A DNA stretch of 64,000 nucleotides. It comes from the human T2T-CHM13v2.0 reference genome, Homo sapiens. The notes below the pieces were generated by a model, which worked only from the letters and a program-made list of their open reading frames with translations, was not told where the DNA came from and searched no databases. The translations under genes were made by a program, and so were the position numbers. The stretch's first letter is position 1, and every line of letters begins with the position of its first letter. Shown piece by piece: positions 26,398 to 40,930 of this stretch. Where the stretch lies: NCBI RefSeq assembly GCF_009914755.1, contig NC_060927.1, one strand, 5' to 3'.

Positions 26398-27399
26398 AGG
26401 ATATTATCACTTTGAAAAAAAACAAAACGTAACCAAAAATAACAAAACTAAGTAACTGAAAAAACTTCAGACTCCCTAGGAGCTCATATTTATGCATCAT
26501 CTGAAGCCGTCTTCTCCTCCTTCTGCCTTTTCTTCCAAAGTCAATCTGTTTCCATATCCTATTAATTTTACTCACTCAATAGGTATTTTATGAAGCTCCT
26601 GTGTTCTCTCTCCTCCCTCTTTTTCCTAATTATTCTTCTCCACCAGGATCTATCTCCACCACTGCCCACTTGGGCCATCGCCTAAGCCTCTTAACTTATG
26701 CCTGTGTTTTCTACTGACTTCTGCTCCCATTCATCCTTCACACCGCAGAGGCATCCTCGCATTACACTTTTAAAAGCCTTCCATGTTTCCCTGTGGCTCC
26801 AAATTCCTTATGGTGGCATTCCAACTTGCTGGCCCATACTGGCACCTCCGCCGTCATCTCCCCTGCATTCACTCCTATCCATTCTCAACTCCCAATAATT
26901 GCTTGCTCCGAGGATGACTCACCATTCTCTAAGCTCACCACATATGTTTTTATATTTCTATATAGTTGGTCATCTTGTCCTCTAAGAAGCTAATGCCTGA
27001 TTTCCCTGATTATGGAAGGGAAGTTTCCTGATTGTGGAAACTGATTATTTTCCAAGATTCAGATCAAACTGAATCTCCTCTAATAGCCCTTGCTCAATCT
27101 TTTTGTTTTTGTTTGGGGAAACAAAACAAAACAAAAAACAATCACCTTTCTTAGTCACTATTTCATTCTTCTAAGTGTGCCCACATCTTCTTCACTACAG
27201 TGTGGAGCTTTTGTGAGTGGAGGCAGTTTTTTTGTTGTTGTTGTTCAACTTTTTGATACCCTAACATGCCTAGTACCAGTTTTTCACATCTTAGGCACTT
27301 AAATATTTTTTTTCAAAAAACAGAGACAGTGCCTGCCATCTGCCAGGCTCTATGGTAGGTGAGTCCACAGTCAACTGTTCTCAAAACATGGTCTGCATT

Positions 27400-27560
27400 C
27401 TGGGCACAGTCACTCTCATTTTCTATGTGGACAAAACTGAGGCCAAGAGATTCAGTAACTTGCCACAGACCACACAGTAATGGCAGATCTGAGATAAGAG
27501 TCCTGGACCACCATATGAATCCAGATTCTTTTGACTGATCTGTGCTTCTTCTGCACATAT
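27400..27560. mobile_element. MIR
   Basis: 'aaaactgaggccaagagattcagtaacttgccacagaccacacag'. Confidence 0.75.
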
Positions 27561-28180
27561 GTATATGGAGCTGGACTGATCTGGACATGTAGGAAGTGCT
27601 GACTCCTAAAATCCATTTTTCTAACTAAGAAGTGTTCAATGTATTCCCAGGTTTTAAAATGTCTATTTGCTTTAGGCCAGCTGAAGCATCATCTATACCC
27701 TGGACCTGTGGTTTCTCTAAGCTTCTATCACCCCAAGAACGTCAGTGCTTGGGGGTCTGTCTCCAGGTTAACATCCTCTTTGCACATTTTAAGATTTTTT
27801 CCCAGAGCTCACTTTTTCTAGAATTCAACTCCCTGCCTTCTCTCAAATTTGGATGTAATAGCTGGCACCGACGCAGGAGGATGCCTTGTCCATTCTACTG
27901 TCAGCCATTCTATTTCCATATCAACAAATGCCCATGCCCCTCTTCAATTTTTACATTCTAATGATTTCAAATTTAAATCTTCCAAGGACTAAGTTGAGGG
28001 AAAAATAGTCCAAAGAACAAGCCACTTGCCACCATCAGAGGTAACAGTGCTTCTGGGTAGCCTGAGATTCTGTTTGACTTCATCAAAGTCCACAAATTCC
28101 AGGACTGCCCAAATTAGGAGACAGCCAAGGAATTGATCTTCACCTTAAAAACAACAACAATAATAATGCCAATACCCAAC

Positions 28181-28647
28181 TGTATTAGTTTCCTAGGATT
28201 GCCATAATAAATTACCGCTATGGTAACTTAAAACAACAAAAGTTTATCATCTTACAGTTCTGGAGGCCAGAAGTCCAAAATCAAGATGTCAGCAGAGTTG
28301 GTTCCTTCTGGAGGCCCTGATGGAGAAACCATTCCATGCTTTTTCCTAATTTCTGGTGATGGCCAGCAATCCTTGACATTGTTTGACTTACAGATGCATT
28401 ACTTCTCTGCCTCCACAATCTCTGCCTCCAACTTCATGCGAACTTCTGGTCTGTGTCTCTGTGTATCTTCTTCTTTTCTGTCTCATAAGAACATCTGTCA
28501 TTGGATTTAGGGCCCATCCAAATATAGGATGTTCTCATCTTGAGATACTTACATTAATTACATCTGAAAAGACCCTTATTCTGAATAAAGTCCATTCTGA
28601 GGTTCCAGGTGGACATATCTTTTAAAGGCTTTCATTCAACTCACAAA
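28181..28647 (-). mobile_element. MLT1C-type MaLR solo LTR
   Basis: 'tgtattagtttcctaggattgccataataaattacc...'; TSD ccaac at 28176-28180 and 28648-28652. Confidence 0.88.
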
Positions 28648-29142
28648 CCAACACTGGTTGAAAGTTCACTGTGTAACAGGCACCATTCTAAATAATGTGT
28701 ATTAAGTCATTTTATCTTTACAATAACTGGAAGAAGTAAGTAACTATTTATAGAGGAAGAAGATAAAGACATAGGAAGGCCTCCCAATCTTCCTAAGACC
28801 TCATGGGTGGTAAAAGACAGAGCTAGTACTTAGGTGTTCATCTTCTTCATACCAGGGTCAACTGTTTTAGATGCATTTACCAGAATCAAAGTGTCTAAAT
28901 AACAGCCAAGACCACTCCTAGAGAGTCACACTGTTAATCTAAAATCCCTGAACTAGAGAATGTTGGAAAATATATAACATATGGGCCATTGCAGCTTCTA
29001 CCCAATGATGTCAGACATCACTAATTGATCACAGAGTTGTTCCCTATGGCACCTTAAATGTTTACAACATTCATTAGCCATCAGTTCAAGGTAGCACTCT
29101 GAATGAAACCTCCTGACCATCCTGTTTCTAGATACTCTTTTT

Positions 29143-29145
<3 letters not shown>

Positions 29146-29197
<52 letters not shown>
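29146..29197. repeat. (CA)n microsatellite, ~26 units
   Basis: Directly visible. Confidence 0.97.
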
Positions 29198-29200
<3 letters not shown>

Positions 29201-30246
29201 AGAACCAAAGGGCAACATTTGGTCTCTTCCTGTCAAGTTCCTGTCCTGCCTTCTAGCCTGACTTCCCCTGGGACTTGTATTTGCCTTCCAAGTCTGATTG
29301 ACAGAGCAAGACTGGATCCCATCAAATAGCCTGGAGAGCCAGACAGAAGTCCATGCTCAAAATCCAGACCCCATCAGATGTTGTTTGAAATTCAGAGACT
29401 GCAGAGACTGCTGGCACATTCTTGGAAAAGCTCTGACCTTGGGAAGAAAACTTACTTCCATCTCTAAGAAAAAATACTAGATAATGATTTTTTTAAGCCC
29501 ATGCTGGGAGTTGGTGGCAGGATGAGAATGCACATGGTAACAGGACAACAGTGGGTACTGGCCTGGAGCAGGCTCCTACGTGGCCTCCCCAGAGTCCAGG
29601 CTTTATTCTCAGCATTCTCTATGGTCCAGCCTCTCTCCACTTAAACTACACTTCAGATAATGGTGTTTGCTACAACTCTTTACAATCAATTATTTTGTCA
29701 TTGTCTTTATTTAAACATGTACACACACACACAACTAGAGGGAATGCACTGGAGAATGACACACAACGCATTCCAAGGAAATAACAAAATTTTTTCTGGC
29801 TTGCGTGCCCAACCCACAAACTTGAAGATCACCAGGGCTTTATTTAGTTTGGTTCCCATTATCATTATGTGAGGCATGTTAATAACTGGACTCCAGAGCT
29901 TTGGTTTTAGATACTTGTTCCTCACCTCTCTCATCTAGAGTTTTAAAAAATAGTTTTTATTATAAATACATATTTTTTGCTTTTCCTGCCCACCTAACTT
30001 TTAAAAAATCCAAAAATCCCATCTACTCTCATTAGAGTTGACCACAACAAAACTGCATGAGAAAAAAAAAAAAAGAATCCTTTGGATCACATGGGTGTCA
30101 CACCATTGTTGGCCATGGGAGCTCAGCCTAATAAGGAGAAGATATGACAACAGAGAGAGCCCAGGGTCTTGGGCCCTTTGCACAGAACATGGTGTCCTTA
30201 CTGGCAGTTTGTTTTAGGCTTAACATATTAATTTATTGCTAAAACA

Positions 30247-30623
<377 letters not shown>

Positions 30624-30825
30624 TCACTAATGCCAAAGACATAGATTTTTATATGTAATACAAATCCCTTATTTTATAGGTAAGATAAATATGGCCCAGA
30701 GGGATAATCAGAACTACCAAATGTCACATAGCCACTTAGTAACAGAAGAGGCACAACAGCAAGTTCTCCTAGTTACAGCTCTACACCTCATGACCTCCAT
30801 GGAGCCATCCAACCTGACCACCGGG

Positions 30826-30875
30826 TTATCTACAAGGGAATTTTTTAAATTAAAAAAAAATTCCCTTGTAGATAA
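30826..30875. repeat. Perfect 21-bp inverted repeat with 8-nt loop
   Basis: ttatctacaagggaatttttt / aaaaaattcccttgtagataa. Confidence 0.95.
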
Positions 30876-31177
30876 TCTAGTGATCGGGTTAAAAATTCCT
30901 TTAAAAAAATCTTGCAGCAGAATTAATGAGGGTAAAGGTACATGGATTCTTTTCTTTTGACTCCTTCCATTTTTATACCTGAAGTTACTCCATGAGAGGA
31001 GGAACTCAGTCTGCATTTACTCATAACTGAACTCTCAACATTTAAGACATTTCACTAAATTAGTAATAAATTGATGGCAGCATAGAAATTTGTTTCAAAA
31101 TTACTCAATAAAAATACATACTGCATTTTTCTCCAGATATTCCCCCCTAAATTATTGGCATAGTCATTAGCCCTTTA

Positions 31178-31430
31178 TAGGAGTTTTTGAATTTGGCACC
31201 TTGACATTTGGATGGGCTAATACTCTGTTGCAGGAGGCTGTCCTGTGCACTACAGAATGTTTAGTAGCATCGCTGGCCTCTGCCCTATACATGCCAGTAG
31301 CATACCTTCTGGTTCCTCCCCATCCCACTGTCCAGTTTTAACAACGAAAAATGTCTCCAGTTGTCAAATATTCCTGGGTCAGGGTTGGGGTGGGTTGTGG
31401 AGCACAATCGCCCCTGGTTGAGAACTCCTG
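31178..31430. mobile_element. MER20 hAT-Charlie MITE
   Basis: 'ggctgtcctgtgcactacagaatgtttagtagcatcgctggcctc...ggttgagaactcctg'. Confidence 0.82.
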
Positions 31431-31550
31431 ATCTAAGGTGACAGCATATCCACCCACCCTCGACCGTCCAACCATGTGATTCATGGGACATGGAAGCTTG
31501 ATGAATCAACCAACTGAAAATTAAAAGATACACATAGAAAGCACTCAGGA

Positions 31551-31852
31551 GGCTGGGTGTGGTGGCTCATGCCTGTAATCCCAACACTTTGAGAGGCTGA
31601 GGTGGGAAGAACACTTGAGCTCAGGACTTCAAGACCCACCTGGGTAATATAGTGAGACCCTGTCTCTACAAAACATTAAAAATTAACCAGGCATAGTGGT
31701 AGCATCTACAATCCCAGCTACTTGGGAGGCTGAGAGGGGAGGATGACTTGAGCCCAGGAGGTTGAGGCTGCCATGAGTGTCATGATTGTGCCACTGCACT
31801 CCAGCCTGGGAGACAGAGTGAGACCCTGTCTCAAATAAACAAAGAAAAAAAA
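31551..31852 (+). mobile_element. AluJ-type element
   Basis: Alu dimer; TSD agaaagcactcagga (3' copy carries a 6-bp duplication). Confidence 0.92.
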
Positions 31853-31934
31853 AGAAAGCACTAGCACTCAGGAAATATAAGTATGAATTGAATTAGATAT
31901 ACTCTAATCTGCTTATTTCAAACATCATCACTTT

Positions 31935-32733
<799 letters not shown>

Positions 32734-34819
32734 TTAGCTAAGGAATCCAAAAGCTAAGAAAATCTTCCTCTTCATTTGTGGCTGAGAGCACAGGAGCAGC
32801 AGAGACAACCGCGGCTCTGGGGCCTGCTGCAGAGCAGCACAGGCACACACCAGGACATGGGCCCTCAGGGAGGCCCCCTGATTTAAGAGTCTTCTCGTGT
32901 GAAATGCATCCAGCCCAGATCCCCTAAGGACCTGGCCTGTGGGTCATGTCAGCCCAGAGCCCTTCCTATTGCCAGGATGCTCTTGACAAAAGACAGTCTG
33001 GCACGGAGCAGCAGGGCCATTATTTTCATTTAAACCATACATGTCATGTCCTGTTTGTGAGAAACATGTTAAACAATTCAGAAACACATTCACAATGGGC
33101 TCTGGAGTGGGATTCGCATTCCTATGGGCCTGCATACTGTAAACTGGGGATGGGGAAGGAGGCTGGTGGGGAGGGTGGGATGGTGCCTCTGCTCTTGTTT
33201 TAACAGAGAGCTCCTCCCCGGAAGCTCAGCTGTAAATAGAGACCCTCACATCCTTGTTTGATGTGGGTCTTAAAGTTTTCCTATGGCCAAAAGCACGATG
33301 CTCAAAGTATGATAAGCCCCCCATTATCCATGGCAGCCCAGTAACTTGAATTCCTTTAAGATTCTCTCTTACCAATGTTTATTTTAATTTTGAGAAGGAA
33401 AACAATTCCACTAAGGAAACACTCAAAAGGAGGTGAACTGCCCCATTTCCACCTAGATTGCCACAGCAGATGATCCACCTGCAATGACTAAAAGGCATCT
33501 CAGAGGTGTAAACCATACCAATATGACTGAAATCTGCGATCCTGAGCCACCCCATCACAAGAGTGTCTCAGATGGAAATGTACACACCTATAACACACAA
33601 GATGAGAAATTCCTCATTCACTGATGAAAGGAATAAATAATAAACATGGAGAAAATCACATTCAGTCAAGTGTAATTTGATTTACAACGCTGTTCACTTA
33701 CCAAACATACAGTATTTATATGCAAACTTCCAAGAAAAGTACATTCTAATATATTAAAATTAGACCCCAAATCCAGGCCTTTGGCCAAGTCAAATAATAA
33801 ACAGTGTGATAACTACGTCTGCTTTCTTGCCATGACATTTCTTTGGTAGGGGGGGATGATTTACCATTTAAACCATACATATCACATCCTGTGGAAGTTT
33901 TTGAAAAATTGAACAATTTCCTCTAAATGCTTAAAGGCAGATTAACTATAAAGAAAAACAGAATCAAACAGAATAAAAGTACTGTAGAACCCATTAAAAC
34001 ATTAAAGGAAACTATATAGCTTATTAGAACAAATGTGGAGCTAGCAGATTTAAACAATACCTGCAAGGATTTGTCAGAGATATAAAAGCAAATGCTAGAA
34101 TGCCTTATTTCCCTTCCCATGGGACTCATACTTTCTTTGTTGAAATATACAAAAATTCTGCAGTAATTTAAATTTTACTTTGGCTTTACATAAAAAGGTG
34201 TCCCTGGCCTCTTAAATGTAACTGGTGAATAATAATATATTTGGCCATCGACCTCCAGGCTGCAGCAGTCCATTCTTTCCTCTCTTGCCCCTGTCTGTCA
34301 AAGTAGAGATGAACACTGAGCCTCTGAGAAAGATGGAGCTCAGGCTCTTCTTGGCACCACTAAAAAGAACTTCATCTTTGCCTTGACTACAAATGCAAGA
34401 GGATTCCTGTCACAGACAGAACGGATTCTCTTGATAACAATAATCAGCATTAAAACTAAACTCAGGCCTGTGGTTGGTTAAGTCACCCCAGTTTTGTGTC
34501 TTTAGACATTAGCCAGGCAGCAGGCTTGGTAGGGCCCACCAATGCTCCAGTGATACTAAGGAACAGCTCTCTTGCTTGAGTGATCGATCTGCTAGGGCAT
34601 ATTCCACCCAGAGAAGGGTTTGAAAGAGAGAAAGACCAAACGATAAACTATAGATCAGGAAGAATTTTGTGACTCGTCCAATGCAGAACAGAACACCATT
34701 CATTCTTCATCAACTAATTCATTCAATCGGCGCTGTTCTGAGCACCGGAGATATAGCCCAGGCTCTCCCAGAGCTTTGATTACATAAAGAAGACTACAGA
34801 CAATGAAAAAATAAACAAA

Positions 34820-34942
34820 ACATATATATACACACACATATACACATATATGTATAAAGACACACATGTATATGTCTCTGCGTGTATATATACATACACA
34901 TACAATATAATGCATATATACACAATATGATACACACACATA
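34820..34942. repeat. Degenerate TA/CA microsatellite
   Basis: Directly visible. Confidence 0.85.
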
Positions 34943-34969
34943 CGGTGATGGTAAATGTTAAAAAGAAAA

Positions 34970-35510
34970 ATATCTATACCCAAGAGAAATGAAAACACAT
35001 ATCCACATAAAAACTTGCACATGAATGTTCATAGTAGTATTATTCATAATAGCTAAAGAGCGGAAAAAATCCAAATGCCCATCAGCTAGTGAATAAACAA
35101 AATGTGATATATCTGTTCAATAGAATATTATTTGGCAATAAAAAGAAATGAAGCATTAATACATGCTACAACATGCAGAAACCTTGAAAACATTATGCTC
35201 TATGAAACAAGACAAACACAAAAGGCCACATATTGTATGATTCCATTTATATGGAATGTCCAGTATAGGAAAACCATACAGACAGAAAGTAGATTAGTAG
35301 TTGCCAGAGACTAAGGAAAAGGGGTAATAGACAGTAATTGCTTAATGAGTATGAGTATTTTTTTGGGGGTGGGGGTGGTTCTAGAATTAGATAGTGGTGA
35401 TGGGTTGTACTGCAAAATAAATGTACCAAAAATCACTGAATTGTATACTTTATATTGGTTACAAGGGTGAATTTTATTTCAATTTTATAAATGTTAAAAA
35501 AGAAAAATAA
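34970..35510 (+). mobile_element. L1MB-type 3' end, apparently within an L2 fragment
   Basis: 'cccaagagaaatgaaaacacatatccacataaaaacttgcacatgaatgttc...'; L2-like flanks at ~34700-34810 and ~35510-35640. Confidence 0.85.
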
Positions 35511-35701
35511 AACAGAGAGGGTACGAGGACAGAGGGTGACAGGGAAGACACTATTTAGCTAATGTGGTCAGAAAGTGTCTTGGATAAGCTGACAGTGAAG
35601 CAAAGACCAGAATGTAATAAGGTTATGAGCCAGAAAGATACCCGCATCTTTGTTCTCTGCCATTTCTGTCTTTGTCTCTCCCTCTCCCTCTCCCTGTATC
35701 A

Positions 35702-35850
35702 TTTTTTTTAATTGTGGCAAATAGATGTAACACAAAAGTTGTCACTTTAACCATTTTTAAATATACAATTCAGTGGCATCAATCACATTCATAGTGTTGT
35801 ACAACCACCACTATTATCTAAAACTTTTTATCACCTCCAAGAAAATTGCT
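35702..35850 (-). mobile_element. L1M 3' terminal fragment
   Basis: 'ttaaccatttttaaatatacaattcagtggcat'. Confidence 0.75.
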
Positions 35851-38800
35851 ATTCTTCTTTTAATGCTACTGTCAGGCCACTAATACAGAAAACAAAACAA
35901 AACAAAAACCATGACTAATAACTAGCAAGAAAAAAGGTGAGCTGGGAGCATACTTTCATTGCTGTTCAGTAAAGGGTAAATGATGATGATTACAATTGTT
36001 TTACATAGGCTACTCAGGCTCCTTGGAGAGAGAGAAAGCTGGGTATGGTGGAAAAAGAGATGTCTGGCAAGATCAGCCTTGTAGTGAGAAGGTCCTTCCC
36101 TCATCATGAAACACTCGATTTTCAATGATTTGCTGACTCATCAAGTGTGGACCCTCATCTCTGAAATGGTTGGGTACCTCTTCACATCCCATCTATTCTA
36201 CGGAATGGACAGCCATCCAACCAAATCTAGGTCTACAAACTCCCAGCCTCTCCTTCACCTGCTCCCCAAATGGTACATAACCTCAAAAAATACAACAGAA
36301 CTATTTTGCTATAACTTGGCATTAAGCCTTAATAATTTATAGAAAGAGCAGTAATTTTTTTCTCCTGAAACTTGTGACATATAAATATATGTATATACAT
36401 ATACATGCATACACACATAGACACATATGCCATAACTAAACCTCTATTTTAAAAAGGAGACATACGCTACTTAAAGATAAAAACAAGTAAAGATGGCTAA
36501 CATTTTATTAGTTTGAACTAATATGAGTTGGTTCCTATTAAACACAGCATTCTCAGCTTTATTTTCTCATAATGTCATTCTTACTCTGAGCTATAACCCT
36601 GTTTATATATTACATGTCTTTGTTACATGTAAGAAGGAATTTAAATTTACAATGCTGGCAGGAGAAATGGATATATTAACTCTAAAATAAAAGCTCTTAT
36701 TCAACATACTTAAAAGTACTTAAAACACTACTGATAGTAAGCTGCCACGAGGCAATGTGTGATCTACATGACTCTGAGCAAAAATATTTAAAGGAGGCTC
36801 TGATGCCTATCACAAAAGCACACTGCTGCTCACAATGAAACAGAAGATAGGTATCACAGCCCTCTGAGAAGCATCCAAGTGCAAGCAGTAGGTGTGTCCT
36901 ATCTTAAAGTGCTCTGATTTACAAAGTCAGAAGAAACATTTTGATTCAAAATACAAGTCTCTATATTGTAGAGCAAGACAAAAATACTCTGCAACACACC
37001 TAGGCTGAAAATACCACAAATGTAATTCCTAGGTGATCTCCTTTACAGCAGGCGCATCACATAGCTGACAGAGTAGGCAGGGTCCGGGCCAGCCTCAACA
37101 CCACTCTCTGCTTTAGAGCTGGGCAGCTGGATTCTGTTTTCCTGGCATGCTAGGCCTATGTTCTCAATCTACTCACTTGCTGAGGTTGCACCCTGCCAGC
37201 CTTCCCTTAGCCGTTCTGCTCCCTCTGCCCAGCACCAGATGTCCTCCTGACCCCTGCACTCTATCCCTAATTTTGCAAAGAACTGACCTGGCTCCTTTAC
37301 AGCCCCAGTGCACCCTCAGCACCTTCCCATTTTGCATCCAGCAATTCTATTAGTTGGACATGGCCATGTACTTCTCCCAGCAAGCCCTCAAATACTCACC
37401 CCTCTCCAATAGCGTCCAGCTCTCATACTCCATCTCTTCTGACTGTCCCTAGTCCAGATGGAGAGACATACAGCTCTTTTGGGGTCACTTCCTGGGCTGC
37501 TGGGGGAGGCTACTGGACTTCCTGGATGGGGGCTCACAGTGCTTAGCTCCATGGGGAAACTTTGCCCACAAAATCGTTTCTTATTTTTTTCCCCTTTCTT
37601 CTTCGCTTCCACCCACCCCTTCCCTCATCCCCTCGCAGTAACTCTAAACTGTTTACTGTTTTTGAACACCTTCATTCCTGCAGGGCTTCAACAGCAGTGT
37701 GGCCAAGTCAGTGGAGGGGCTGCTAAAGCTGTCTTCGTGTTTGTCTGTGCCACTGGGGCAGGGGTGTAGGATGACCTTAAGTCTCCAGGCTCCCTACCAG
37801 CCAGCCTGGCCAGGCTGCTCCTAATGAATAACAAATGGGCCTTCATGATGCATTGGCTCAGGAAAAGCTGTCATTACAAACCATTTTGTTTTTTTAGCAT
37901 GTGGTAATGTATCATCTTGCTTGGCTGGATGTCATCTTCAAGAAGGTCACCAAAGGTATGTGTGCCTTTGCCCAAGACTCTCCTCCCACCCACCCACATC
38001 CCCACCACCACCCCTTCTTTAAAGGAACGAAGTGTTTGACACCCTTGTTTGGACCTATGGAGCCAGAACATCTAGGTCTCTGCTTGTGGCCTTGCTAGTC
38101 AGCTATAAACACTCCCCGTTTTGTAAGATGGAAGATCTTTAGTACAGACAGAAGACAAACCAGGGGGATGACACTGTGCTTTCAAAATTGATTTTGAGGA
38201 GGAAAATGCCCTCTGTCCTAAATTAAAAACTCAGATCTCAATTCAGAGAGTAGAAAAGGTTTTTTATCCCAAGCCTCCTACTATTCATCTTCATTTCACA
38301 GATATTTAAAGCACGTATTATGTTGCTATGGACAATTAGCCTTTTATCCAATTTTACTTGAGAGTTTAACTCTCCCACCCGAAGGTTTTAATTATACCCT
38401 CAGCCCCATACTTAGGCCTCGGTTCCTGCAGCTGGAAATCTGCCCCAGTGATGTTATAACCTTGTTAATGTAACAAAAGAGGAGTTTACTTAAAACTGGA
38501 CTGACTATGGATTTAAGCCAAATTTACTTGAAAGAGGAAAGAGTCTGTCAAAAATCCTATAGTAAACACGGCAAAGCAGTTCTTTCATAGCCTTCCCTTA
38601 ATTCATAGCGACAAGCAATTTACATGTAAGTGGATTCATATGCTCTACCAAGAGGCCATCTCTCCAAGCTGGGGCGATGTGCACCCCCCGCCTCATCCGC
38701 CTCCTTTTTTTCTTTTCTGTCCTCCCTTTTAGTGTTTTTTTCTCTTTTCTTTTTTGGTATGTAGAGTAGGCCATTCTCCTTGGTGAAACAGCATAAATCC

Positions 38801-40049
38801 ACAATGTTTTGATCGCCCCAAAGCATAATTAGGGCCCTCTAAACATTTACCAAGCCAGTCACTCTGAATAAAGGCAGCTGAATTTTCAGAAAGCCACTCT
38901 CAGATCTGACTGTTGTCCTGTCAACGACGCACTTTATTTTCTGCTGAAGCCTGCTTAAAAAGCTCGAAAAACTCCCCTGCTAATGAGGTAAGAGTTGTGA
39001 GCTTTGAGTAGGAATTGCTGATCAAATACCAGAGCCCAAGTTTTTCTCTGTTGCCAAAATCCTGAGGGCTTCTTACCTTCTGTTAATTAGATTACCTTTT
39101 TTAGTCCACACACTAACAAAAAGCATACATGAGACTAAACACAGTATGACAGCAAGGAAGGGACTGAAGAGAGAGCCTTCTGAGAAGACATTAAAGAAAA
39201 ATATCACTCTTAATATCCCTGGATAAACGGGGGTAAAAGAGACTACACGGGTTATTTCAGTCTGCAACGGGGGAAATCCCTGACATTTTAGAAGCAAAAA
39301 CCAAAAAACTAATTTCCCCCAAATAGAAAGGTAGGGGTTTGCTGTAGCTACGCTATTTTCAACTGTGCTCGTTGACAAAACCCATCCATAGCAAACAACT
39401 GGCCAGCACTCAAGTTTCTTTCATGCATTTTGAAAGTTTAATTAGTTCTAACTAGATCAAAAGTTGCTTTTCCCCCTTTTGGCATGTATCTGTATCATTT
39501 CTGTGCTATTTGGAAACTGCTAGACATCAAAGGCAGATCCATCATTCTTGAGGAACCTCCACTCCTCGGATGAGATTCAGATCTACCTTGCCTTCCTTAC
39601 TACGGATCTCATGGAAGCCAGCGCAGCTGGTTGCACCCCAAGATATGCACATAGCTCATTGTCACTCCTCCTGAAGAGCTCCTGGTGCCAAGTAGCAGAA
39701 ATGCTCCTTAGAATGCCCCTAGACAACCCCAAAGCAAACATAACATGTGGAAACATGGCAAATCCTCCAAAACAGAGAACCTGTGAAAAATATTCTAAGA
39801 TGGAGAAAGTCCAGAACTTAGCATCATTTAAGCCTTTAACAGCCCATGATATAGGGACCTGTTTTAATTACTCTAAAGTTATCCTAATTTTTTTTTCATT
39901 TCTCTCTCTCTCTTTTATCCTTTTTGCTATTCATTCTAAGGTCTTTTGTTCAAAACTTTGAACTGGATTAGCAAATTACTAGGCAAATCGACTATGTACC
40001 CAAAGCCTTCTAGTTAGGAGAGCTTAGAGGTTATAAAAGCCCCAGGCCT

Positions 40050-40235
40050 TGTTGGTAGAAGGCCAAGGTTGGCATCTCAGCCCTCCCCCACATTAGCTGT
40101 GTGCCTTGGGCAAATTTATCTAGCCTCTCTGGGCCTCAGTTTCCTTCCCTGTAACTTGGGGAGAATATTCTCTCTTTCATCAGGTTGTTCCAAAGAATTA
40201 GTAAGATGTAAAACACTGAGCCCTGTACTGTGTTT
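40050..40235. mobile_element. MIR
   Basis: 'tagctgtgtgccttgggcaaatttatctagcctctctgggcctcagtttcc'. Confidence 0.8.
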
Positions 40236-40434
40236 TATAGGCCGAATATGCCCATAGGCCATGCTCAGCCAGTGTTAAACATCACTCTAATCGAAGTAAC
40301 CACTTCTACTTCTAGAGGATAGAGTTGCAGTGTTCTCTGCTATGGCCTTTTAACTACAAAAGTGAGGTTGTTTTAAGCTCCAATTTTTGATTACATACTA
40401 TGTGCCAAGAACTGAGCTAGAAGCTATTTAAGCA

Positions 40435-40474
40435 AAACACACACAAACACACACACATACACATATATGTATTT

Positions 40475-40506
<32 letters not shown>

Positions 40507-40515
40507 TATATTCAC
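40435..40515. repeat. CA/TA/TG compound microsatellite
   Basis: Directly visible. Confidence 0.9.
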
Positions 40516-40539
40516 ACATTTTTTTTGGTCAGAGTGGCA

Positions 40540-40930
40540 AGCTCTATGGGCTCCAAATTCTAGTTGCTTCTTCATCTATGCAGAGTCTCTGGCATCTGAG
40601 AGAAGCCATATGACCCACTTCAGGCCAACGACATAGCAAAGGTCCTTGGAAGGGGGTGTCCCTTCCTAAATATGGAAAGATGTCCTTTCCTACAGGTAAG
40701 GTCATTTGGCACTTATACTTCCTCCCGTTGGGACACAGATGTGATGGCTAGAGCTGTGGCAGAAATTTTGCAACATGAAGACAAAAGCTGGCTATAACAG
40801 GATAAACTAGGATGGCCTAGTTTATCCTGGACTGCCTGTCTCCAGACTTGACTGTTACGTGAGAAAACATATTATTCTATTTGTCAGGTTTTCTGTTAGA
40901 GCAGGCAAGTACATTCTTAGCTGATATCTA
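40540..40930. mobile_element. Old MLT1 LTR fragment
   Basis: 'gccatatgacccacttcaggccaa', 'gatgtgatggctagagctgtggcag', 'cctggactgcctgtctccagactt'. Confidence 0.65.

Noticed and set aside
38640-38660. CTCF site (ctaccaagaggcc); also 5160-5175
   Set aside because: Several mismatches at core positions; cannot be called without ChIP data.
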